Positions 1-6,333 are shown, counted from the stretch's first letter. The stretch: 12,406 nucleotides of DNA from Elainellaceae cyanobacterium (GCA_051117555.1 JBNPEG010000019.1:1-12406), one strand, 5' to 3'. The notes: generated from the letters alone by a model not told the origin. Numbers and translations: made by a program.

Positions 1-122
1 TAAAACGGGTCGAAAAGTTGCTGAAGATTTCAAAGCCAACATGAAGATTGTCTTCGATGAAGTTTTACCACAATGGAATTACACAGCCAAACCAGAATTA
101 CAGATTATTTAATTCCCGTTCC
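1..122 (+). mobile_element. Right end of an ISAzo13-like IS; putative terminal inverted repeat ~104-122, possible 3-bp target duplication TTA 123-125
   Basis: The transposase stop overlaps ATTATTTAATTCCCGTTCC, which is followed by TTA. The boundary is inferred because the left end is not in the window. Confidence 0.55.
2..112 (+). CDS. C-terminal fragment of an ISAzo13-family (DDE_Tnp_ISAZ013-like) transposase; 5' part lies outside the window
   Basis: Manual translation from base 2 gives KTGRKVAEDFKANMKIVFDEVLPQWNYTAKPELQII* (TAA 110-112). This matches my recollection of the cyanobacterial ISAzo13 transposase C-terminus (TGRKV..DFK..M.I.FD..LP.WNY). Not in the ORF track because it has no start codon in the window. 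Confidence 0.75.
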   Translation, partial: KTGRKVAEDFKANMKIVFDEVLPQWNYTAKPELQII

Positions 123-127
123 TTAGT

Positions 128-241
128 CTAAACTCCAGTGATGAAGGGAGATCCCGCTATCGGTGAAGGGAGCAATGGCACCTGTCGAGTCTTGCTCTCT
201 GCTGTCGTGCCTGGGTCGGGCAGAGAACGAATTACTTTTTT
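128..241 (-). pseudogene. -1-frame continuation of the CHAT-TIR gene (KKVIRSLPDPGTTAESKTRQVPLLPSPIAGSPFITGV*); probable truncated start of a linker + ATPase region
   Basis: Frame is open from the slippery site (241) to TAG 130-128. It encodes a Pro-rich linker then SPFITG, resembling the (N/S)P(F/Y)xxG motif that precedes Walker A in many STAND/AAA ATPases. It stops a few bases from the putative IS end. Confidence 0.45.
170..241 (-). promoter_or_regulatory. Putative programmed -1 ribosomal frameshift signal (A_AAA_AAG + downstream stimulatory structure)
   Basis: Minus strand reads TCA AAA AAG TAA (243-232), heptamer at 241-235 in X_XXY_YYZ phase. Stem TCTCTGC(226-220)/GCAGAGA(202-196) starts 8 nt later. 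Second stem GAGCAA(197-192)/TTGCTC(175-170). Loop GGCAC(211-207) is complementary to GTGCC(181-177). Confidence 0.6.
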
Positions 242-1347
242 GACAGAGATTCTACGGCGCGGCGAATGCCTTGAACTATATCTAGGAACGCAGAGTCGCG
301 ATCGCCCCATTGAGTGACTGGCTTTCCATCCTCAGGCAATGCCTTGAGTTTGCTGAAGGGAGAATCTTTCCAATCACAGGGGCGAAGAATAATAGGAATA
401 ACACGAGCCGTACCTTCCTCATGACGCTGCATGGCTCGCTGCATTTCAATGTCATAACAATAGTCTGATGCCATAAAAGGTGGACTAATCAGCAGCAAAA
501 TAATGCGAGCCGATTCTAGCTTGGCTTTAATTTGGGCATCCCATTCGTCTCCTGCTTCAACAGCACGATCGTGCCATGCTGTAATCTTTTTCTGACGTTT
601 TAAGTTCGAGAGATGGATAACCAACTCGTCCTGTAAGTCATCATCGTTGTGGGAATAGGAGATGAAAACTTCAAGTGGGGCTTGGGAGGCATGAGGCTGG
701 TTTGGAGACATGGGAGTTGGTATTGAATCGGGAGACATAGGATCGACCTGAATCAGTGCCTCGTCGGTTGCAGGTTGCTTCAAAATGACCGGGGTTAGAT
801 GCTCAGCAATGCCCTCCATTTGAATTGCGGCACAGCCTAGCTTATAGGCAAACTCCACGTCACGACCCGCACCCAAGGCATCGTAAAAGCCAACCGCAAA
901 GGCGATCGCCGCTCTATCCCCGATCGCTTTGTTCATCCCAATCACATAGGGGATGTGCCGTGAAATAGCCTGAGCCTGCACCTCTGAATAGCAGCCATTC
1001 AGCACCACACAGGTAATCTGGTCGGCGAATAATTCAAACAAGCCTGACAGCGCACCCCCATTTACCAACTTGGCCTTACCCACGTCATCTTCAAAAACCA
1101 ATCCTTCCTCTCCTGCCCCATGCCCAGAGAAGTGAATGATTTGCGGGCTGATATCCAGCATGGCTCGTTGAATATCACGGGGGCGCACAGCCATGCGTTG
1201 TTCTAGGGTAAATTGGTCGCGCTTTTGGGCGCGTTGCAGCCCGTCACTAATATCACGCAGCTCCTGATCGAGCCGCAGGCGACCCGTATCTTTGGGGTTA
1301 GCGGCAAGAAACAGAATCGTTTGTGGATCGGCACTGAGGAAGGACAT
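232..1347 (-). CDS. CHAT (caspase-like peptidase) domain + C-terminal TIR domain protein, ~371 aa
   Basis: N-terminal ILFLAANPK...LRLDQE...HFSGHG (1134-1117)...VVLNGC (LNGC 1002-991) carries the CHAT His/Cys dyad. After a Pro-rich linker, VFISYSH...AWHDR...AGDEW...ILLLIS..F.ASDYCYDIEM...VIPIILRPCDW is a TIR_2 domain with the conserved Glu (447-445). ATG at 1347 is preferred to the TTG start at 1389. Confidence 0.9.
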   Translation of the reverse strand: MSFLSADPQTILFLAANPKDTGRLRLDQELRDISDGLQRAQKRDQFTLEQRMAVRPRDIQRAMLDISPQIIHFSGHGAGEEGLVFEDDVGKAKLVNGGALSGLFELFADQITCVVLNGCYSEVQAQAISRHIPYVIGMNKAIGDRAAIAFAVGFYDALGAGRDVEFAYKLGCAAIQMEGIAEHLTPVILKQPATDEALIQVDPMSPDSIPTPMSPNQPHASQAPLEVFISYSHNDDDLQDELVIHLSNLKRQKKITAWHDRAVEAGDEWDAQIKAKLESARIILLLISPPFMASDYCYDIEMQRAMQRHEEGTARVIPIILRPCDWKDSPFSKLKALPEDGKPVTQWGDRDSAFLDIVQGIRRAVESLSKK

Positions 1348-1433
1348 GAAAAGCAGCGAAAAACTAGCAGCGTGATTCAGGTGCCTCAATTATTGCCCGA
1401 AAAAAGAGAATGCGCTATTGATCTCAGTCACCG

Positions 1434-1533
1434 CAAAGCGCAGCGTGCCCTTCGAAATACGTATGATTTTGGATTTTAGATTTTGAATTTTGGATTGCAA
1501 GCCCCGTAACAAAGCGCAGCGTGCCCTTCGAAA
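1434..1533. repeat. Two perfect 24-bp direct repeats (CAAAGCGCAGCGTGCCCTTCGAAA; 1434-1457, 1510-1533) enclosing an STRR-type heptamer run (1465-1497)
   Basis: Read directly. The inner tract is GATTTTG GATTTTA GATTTTG AATTTTG GATTG. Confidence 0.85.
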
Positions 1534-1544
1534 GCGATAGGTTC

Positions 1545-1610
1545 AGATTCCCGGCTTCTGCGCATCATCTTTGATTGCTCAGATGAATTCTCGAAAGAAG
1601 CCGGGGATCT
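1545..1610. repeat. 15-bp inverted repeat element (AGATTCCCGGCTTCT ... AGAAGCCGGGGATCT)
   Basis: Arms 1545-1559 and 1596-1610 pair with 1 mismatch (G-T). Resembles AGATCCCCGACTTCT/AGAAGTCGGGGATCT-type dispersed repeats of filamentous cyanobacteria (from memory). Confidence 0.7.
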
Positions 1611-1613
1611 TTC

Positions 1614-1718
1614 GCGTTTGCTCTGAATGTAAACTCTGGCGTTACAAAAAAAGTTGCATTTGCTCTGAAAAAATTCACATTTATTGCAAAATGACTTGCA
1701 TTTGCTTTGCTGTGAATT
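1614..1718. repeat. Degenerate 21-bp tandem repeat, 5 units, alternating A/B (42-bp super-period)
   Basis: A units GCGTTTGCTCTGAA (1614), GCATTTGCTCTGAA (1656) and GCATTTGCTTTGCT (1698). B units at 1635 and 1677 share TT(A/G)CAAAA...TT. Confidence 0.65.
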
Positions 1719-1733
1719 GAAATGCAAGGATTA

Positions 1734-1834
1734 TACCAATTCTCGATTTTGGATTTGCGATTTTGGATTGACGGTCATCAGCCTTGCAAGGGTTCTAGCC
1801 TGTTCATTTGTAGCCTTACTTTGAAGAATTGGTA
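1734..1834 (+). mobile_element. 101-bp MITE, copy A
   Basis: Perfect 10-bp TIR TACCAATTCT/AGAATTGGTA, flanked by TTA on both sides (1731-1733, 1835-1837). 93/101 identical to the reverse complement of 3509-3609. Confidence 0.85.
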
Positions 1835-1876
1835 TTACTCAGAACTGATCGGAATTTTGTGTAGGCTCTACTTCTC

Positions 1877-1987
1877 GGCGTTGCGAAATTGATGAATGAT
1901 AGGGAAACCACTAGCTCACCAACCACCCGTTGTACGGGCATGGCAATGCTATGCCCCTCCGAAAATCATTCGTCGATGAGCAATGCT
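1877..1987. mobile_element. 111-bp MITE with 9-bp target-site duplication, carrying an internal REP-like palindrome
   Basis: CTACTTCTC at 1868-1876 and 1988-1996. Imperfect TIRs GGCGTTGCGAAATTGATGAATGAT / ATCATTCGTCGATGAGCAATGCT. Internal hairpin GGGCATGGC-AAT-GCTATGCCC at 1936-1956. Confidence 0.75.
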
Positions 1988-2021
1988 CTACTTCTCAGCT
2001 AAGACTGCGAGGATTCACCCA

Positions 2022-2066
2022 GTAACGCACCGCCCCGACAGGCTTTGATGCGTTACGCTATCGCTA
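2022..2066. repeat. Truncated REP-like doublet (GTAACGCACC ... GATGCGTTACGCTATCGCTAA)
   Basis: Inverted arms 2022-2031 and 2047-2056. Same family as 2130-2160 and 12289-12393. Confidence 0.55.
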
Positions 2067-2073
2067 AAATATT

Positions 2074-2194
2074 CTAGTCTGACATGCCTAAAATAGTGCA
2101 AATCCTAAAGGACTGAGGCTCTTGAATCCGGTGCGTTACGCTGCGCTAACGACACCCTACCCAATGCACAATTTTAGCTGTGCCACGCCACTAG
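2074..2194. mobile_element. ~120-bp MITE-like element bounded by CTAG, containing a REP-like half (2130-2160)
   Basis: CTAG at 2074-2077 and 2191-2194. Imperfect inverted ends GACATGCCTAAAATAGTGCA / TGCACAATTTTAGCTGTGCC. Internal GGTGCGTTACGCTGCGCTAACGACACCCTAC. Confidence 0.6.
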
Positions 2195-2244
2195 TATGCG
2201 CTAAACGCATACGGTTTGAAGCGCTAGTTTAAGACCTTCCTGCC

Positions 2245-3345
2245 TTAAAACCCTGCAACCGGCCAATCTAGAACATCAAAGCTCGTGCCAGTTGACAACC
2301 GCATACTGACATCCCCATTCTCAAACACAGACACCAGATCCATTCGGCGATCGCCGTTAAAGTCACCATCAAGGTTATAGCCCGGTTCTCCCCATTTCGA
2401 AATTTGGAGAGTCTGGCTTTGAAATTCAGAGTCGCCCGTCAGATGAATGAACGTATTCGTTTCTAACGCCGATACCAAATCGGTTCTACCATCCCCATTG
2501 ACATCATCTGCCCAGGTATAGTTCGATCCGCCCCATTGAGTTTGAACGGCCCACGTCTCTACATCAAAGTCTGTGCCGTTGAAAAATCGCAGGGTCATAT
2601 CGCCATCGGGATGAGCAGATACGATATCAACTAGGCGATCGCCATTAAAATCACCCACCCAGTTGTAACCCGGATCTCCCCAGCGCCCGGAGGCATCAAG
2701 GGTAGTACTACTAAACTCGTCTCCTTGAGACATATGCACAAAAATATCGTTTTCTAGGGCAGACACTAAGTCAGTCAGACCGTCCCCATCAAAATCTTCA
2801 GCCCACGAATATCGGGCTCCTCCCCATTGGGTTGGCACAAACCAGGTCTCTAGATCAAAGTCTGATCCGGTTAACAGTCGGATTGTGACGTCTCCATCGG
2901 GATGAGCCGACGCAATATCTAACAGACCATCTCCATTAAAATCACCAGCCCAGTTGTAGCCGGGTTCTCCCCACCGGTCGGGCGTATCGAGAGTAATACT
3001 GCGAAATTCGTCGCCTTGGGATAAATGCACGAAAATAGTACCTTCTAAAGCAGATACCAAATCAGTGCGGCCATCCCCGTCAAAATCCTTCGCCCACGTG
3101 TAGTTGGAGCCGCCCCACTCTGTCGGAACAAACCATGTTTCAAGGTCAAATCCCTGTTCAGTGGATAGATGCAGGATCACATCTCCGTTGGGGCGCACCG
3201 ATGCAATATCATCCCGACCATCACCATTAAAGTCTCCTACCCAGTTGTAACCCGGTTCGCCCCAGTCTGCGAACGGCTCGTCTTGAGCGGTTACAGGAAC
3301 GGCAATACTCGTTAAAGCGACGCAGAATAGCAATAGTCTCACCAT
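2245..3345 (-). CDS. Secreted FG-GAP/VCBS-repeat protein (predicted 7-bladed Ca2+-binding beta-propeller), ~366 aa
   Basis: Seven D(F/V)(N/D)GD(G/R)xxD(I/L) motifs. Signal peptide MVRLLLFCVALTSIAVPVTA|QD if started at ATG 3345. The longer ORF-track start (3471) runs through a non-coding-looking tandem duplication. Confidence 0.88.
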   Translation of the reverse strand: MVRLLLFCVALTSIAVPVTAQDEPFADWGEPGYNWVGDFNGDGRDDIASVRPNGDVILHLSTEQGFDLETWFVPTEWGGSNYTWAKDFDGDGRTDLVSALEGTIFVHLSQGDEFRSITLDTPDRWGEPGYNWAGDFNGDGLLDIASAHPDGDVTIRLLTGSDFDLETWFVPTQWGGARYSWAEDFDGDGLTDLVSALENDIFVHMSQGDEFSSTTLDASGRWGDPGYNWVGDFNGDRLVDIVSAHPDGDMTLRFFNGTDFDVETWAVQTQWGGSNYTWADDVNGDGRTDLVSALETNTFIHLTGDSEFQSQTLQISKWGEPGYNLDGDFNGDRRMDLVSVFENGDVSMRLSTGTSFDVLDWPVAGF

Positions 3346-3421
3346 CCTGGAAGTTGAGCATCGAGTGGCCGCCAGACAATTTATAGGCGACTTGAATGAG
3401 TAAAAATTCCACATAGGTTTT

Positions 3422-3469
3422 AATCCAATATCAAACACGTTCATCAATCCAATATCAAACACGTTCATC
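3422..3469. repeat. Perfect 2 x 24-bp tandem duplication (AATCCAATATCAAACACGTTCATC)
   Basis: Units 3422-3445 and 3446-3469 are identical and lie upstream of the FG-GAP gene. Confidence 0.9.
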
Positions 3470-3508
3470 ACACATTTCCAAAATGAACGCTAATCTCAAC
3501 TAGTTTTA

Positions 3509-3609
3509 CACCAATTCTTCGAAGTAAGGTTACAAATGAACAGGCTAGAACCCCTGCAAGGTTGGTGGCCGTCAATCCAAAATCGCAAATCTAAAATCGA
3601 GAATTGGTA
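3509..3609 (-). mobile_element. 101-bp MITE, copy B (inverted relative to copy A)
   Basis: Ends CACCAATTCT/AGAATTGGTA, flanked by TTA (3506-3508, 3610-3612). 8 mismatches to copy A. Confidence 0.85.
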
Positions 3610-3653
3610 TTACCTCCTTAGCTCGGGAAATTTCCAGGAATAAACATGCCATC

Positions 3654-3708
3654 GTAGGTTAACGTCGAGGTACAAGACCCAACGTTTCCAGAATCCTTAT
3701 TCTGTTGG
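3654..3708. repeat. Degenerate GTAG-type REP-like element
   Basis: GTAGGTTAACGTCGAGGTACAAGACCCAAC...TGTTGG resembles GTAGGTTGGGTTGAGG..AAACCCAAC cyanobacterial repeats, heavily decayed. Confidence 0.4.
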
Positions 3709-3715
3709 ATGACGT

Positions 3716-5458
3716 CTAGTTAGACTTTATCCTTGTTATACAGGCAGCATCGAGTGCTATCAGGTTTTTTTCCGCAAACACTGAACAGTGTCCAAGCAGA
3801 GGGGCGATCGCCGGTAATTGTCCTTGTTCAAGCCGCGCCTTAACCTGGCGTACCTCAGCGCGAATCGAGCTATTGAGTAACCAGTGTTGACGACTCAGAT
3901 ACAGGGGCTGCTGAAAATCACGATCAACAATGAGATAATCAATGCCGTAGGTATTTAAAAGCGACTGAACCGTTGACAAATCTGGGCTGTATTGCACTGC
4001 GAGCGTATCTCTAATTCGCTGCGTCATGACCGTATAAAACTCCGGATGATAGGGCAATGCCAGTTCTTCACTGACTAATACCGATCGCTGGGCGAATGCC
4101 GGGATATTATTGGTTTCAGCCGTTAACGAAGCAATTAGCGTGTCGTTGGGCTGCTGCGCCAGAAATTGATAGAGACTGGGCGTCGTTCCGATCACCCATC
4201 CTTGACAGGGAATCACCCATGCGGGAATAGCTGGAACCACTACGATCGCGATCGCCAATAGCCCCATCAGCCAAATTTTCATTGAAGTATATAACGGCAA
4301 TCGAGTATACTGCTGCCGCTGAGTTAAGACCCAACGCCGAAGCCTATCAAGCAGGATCGTGAGAACGATGCCTGTGGCGATCGCCATCACCACCCGCAGA
4401 CTGTAAAAGGTATATCGACTCGGAAGATATAAGGTCGGAAATAGCAGATGCGCCGCCCCAAACAATCCCAAAGAGGCAATCACGCACTGCCCAAGAATGC
4501 GGATGTCTCGCGTCAGGTGCTGGGCAAGTGGCGAACGAGCCTTCGCAAACCACGGAAGCAAGACGCCGATTCCGATAATAGGGGGGAATAGGGGAAACCT
4601 GAGACCGCTCGCGCCGCTGAACCAAAACTGAATCGGATGAACGCCAAAATATTCTCGCCGCCCCTCTGGCTGAAACTCTGGCATTGCTTTCATCTGCTCA
4701 GCGGTGACCAGATCTCCTACCTGGTTAGACACGCCGGATGAAAACACCAGCAGCATAAAACCGACAATGGCGATCGCCCCTAGCCAGACTGCATAGGTGC
4801 TCTGACGTGAACGCTTTGCAGACAAACCTTTCCAGTGAATCAATCGCAGGGTTAATATGCCGACCTCAACGAGCATGAGTTGGGGATAAAACAGCCCTTG
4901 CAAAAAAATCGTCATCAAGCACGGGAGGGGCGATCGCCTGACGAGGTAATACAAAAAAGCAGCAAAGAGAGGATACACAAACGCTCTGGGCGTTGCCGAC
5001 ACTAGGTCATCTTTGAGCCAAATATTTTGATTAAAAATTAGCGCGACTAACACCCCGCTCATCGGCACCGGCAACAGATAGTGCGCCACGTGAAACAAGT
5101 AGACGGTCGCAATGATGGCTAAGCCGAGGGGTAGGAGTTTAGCAAACACGAGAGGGGTAATCCCGATGTGAGCCATCAGCCCATAGACCCATTGAAAGCC
5201 AACGGATTGAATCGCCGAATAGTAGTCTGCAATCACATCGTGGGTGAACAATTGCGGATCGACAAACCGCTGAAGCCAAACAATGTGAATTCGAGCATCG
5301 TCTTGAACGACGTACCTCTGGCTAAACGCATGTTGAATCGCCAATAGCCCATAATACAGCGGAGCCATGAGGCTCAAACAAAGCCATCCCCAGCGAACGG
5401 GGTGGGGGCGATCGCGCTCGATTGGACTAGGATTAAACCCCTGATGAAACCAATCCAT
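3716..5458 (-). CDS. Multipass membrane protein, putative GT-C-fold glycosyltransferase, 580 aa
   Basis: About 10-12 hydrophobic segments. Acidic QDDAR motif (D53-D54) in the loop after the first TM helix. C-terminal soluble domain with YGIDYLIVD. This topology is typical of GT-C enzymes; function is inferred. Confidence 0.6.
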   Translation of the reverse strand: MDWFHQGFNPSPIERDRPHPVRWGWLCLSLMAPLYYGLLAIQHAFSQRYVVQDDARIHIVWLQRFVDPQLFTHDVIADYYSAIQSVGFQWVYGLMAHIGITPLVFAKLLPLGLAIIATVYLFHVAHYLLPVPMSGVLVALIFNQNIWLKDDLVSATPRAFVYPLFAAFLYYLVRRSPLPCLMTIFLQGLFYPQLMLVEVGILTLRLIHWKGLSAKRSRQSTYAVWLGAIAIVGFMLLVFSSGVSNQVGDLVTAEQMKAMPEFQPEGRREYFGVHPIQFWFSGASGLRFPLFPPIIGIGVLLPWFAKARSPLAQHLTRDIRILGQCVIASLGLFGAAHLLFPTLYLPSRYTFYSLRVVMAIATGIVLTILLDRLRRWVLTQRQQYTRLPLYTSMKIWLMGLLAIAIVVVPAIPAWVIPCQGWVIGTTPSLYQFLAQQPNDTLIASLTAETNNIPAFAQRSVLVSEELALPYHPEFYTVMTQRIRDTLAVQYSPDLSTVQSLLNTYGIDYLIVDRDFQQPLYLSRQHWLLNSSIRAEVRQVKARLEQGQLPAIAPLLGHCSVFAEKNLIALDAACITRIKSN

Positions 5459-5622
5459 AGATTAATGTACTTAGATTTGAGATGAAGTTTGCTACACAAG
5501 TCACCCGGTTTAATCAATACAAGGCTATGATATGCACGACGTTGCGCCGATTGGATTCAATCTAGCGTTATGCCACGGTTGGCCTCACCGGATTTTGCCT
5601 CAGCCAAGCGAGGAATTAGTCC

Positions 5623-6333
5623 ATGAGAATTGATGCTCAAACATTTTGGCTGGAGAGCTTGAGGGCTGCAAGCCATTATAATCAGTGGATTTTTTCTCAA
5701 ATCTATCCCCATCTGGGCGATCGCATTTTAGAAGTGGGCTGCGGCAATGGCAACTTCACAGAACTCCTCGCCCACGCCTGTTCTCACCTAGTCGCTATCG
5801 ACCATAATGAACACTATGTTCAAACGGCGATCGCCCGACTCCCTCAGACCTCCGACGTTCACGTCTTGACAGCGGATGTCACTCAGCTTCGATGGCATCA
5901 GTCGTTTGATACGATCATCATGCTCGACGTGTTAGAACATATTGCCGATGACGTCGACCTGCTGCATCAGCTCAATCAGCACCTAACCCGCAACGGCAAG
6001 TTGATTCTCAAAGTGCCTGCCCTCAATTCGCTCTATACCCCAATGGATTCGGCAGTGGGACATCATCGCCGCTATTCTAAATCGAGGTTGATCCAAGCAT
6101 TACATCGGGCGTCATTTCCCAATCCAGAAACGTGGTATTTCAATGTGGTGGGTATCCCAGGCTGGTGGTTCAATGGCACTGTGTTGGGGCGTACCACGCC
6201 ACTTCAACATCACGTTAGCTGGTTTGATCGAGCCGTGCCGTTACTTCGCCACATCGAGTCTAAAGTCCCGCCTCCGGTTGGGCTATCCTTGTTTGCAGTC
6301 GCGACAAAATCTGCCGAATCATTTACTAGGTAG
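5623..6333 (+). CDS. Class I SAM-dependent methyltransferase, 236 aa
   Basis: Motif I ILEVGCGNG, FDTIIMLDVLEHI, GKLILKVPA, MD..VGHHRRY. RBS-like GAGGA at 5610-5614. Confidence 0.9.
   Translation: MRIDAQTFWLESLRAASHYNQWIFSQIYPHLGDRILEVGCGNGNFTELLAHACSHLVAIDHNEHYVQTAIARLPQTSDVHVLTADVTQLRWHQSFDTIIMLDVLEHIADDVDLLHQLNQHLTRNGKLILKVPALNSLYTPMDSAVGHHRRYSKSRLIQALHRASFPNPETWYFNVVGIPGWWFNGTVLGRTTPLQHHVSWFDRAVPLLRHIESKVPPPVGLSLFAVATKSAESFTR

Noticed and set aside
170..226. Rho-independent terminator or tRNA-like RNA after CHAT-TIR
   Set aside because: No U-tract follows the stems on the minus strand, loops are large, and there is no T-loop or cloverleaf.
128..310. Independent 60-aa gene starting at ATG 310
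   Set aside because: The start lies inside the TIR coding region and the 5' part looks like off-frame translation. Only the part after the slippery site is retained as a possible trans-frame extension.
1348..1389. Longer N-terminus of CHAT-TIR from TTG 1389
   Set aside because: ATG 1347 lies just before the domain start, and the extension has no recognisable features.
1434..1533. CRISPR array from the 24-bp direct repeats
   Set aside because: Only two repeats, the 52-bp spacer is largely a simple heptamer run, and there are no cas genes in the window.
1213..1727. ORFs 1213-1479 (+) and 1476-1727 (-) as confident genes
   Set aside because: The first is antisense to CHAT. The second runs across several unrelated repeats, and only its 21-bp periodic part is noted.
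3346..3471. 42-aa N-terminal extension of the FG-GAP protein
   Set aside because: It derives partly from a 24-bp tandem duplication and would bury the signal peptide beginning at 3345.
5459..5622. Specific sigma70 promoter call (TATGAT 5526-5531)
   Set aside because: Plausible -10 but no matching -35 or other support, so too weak to list.
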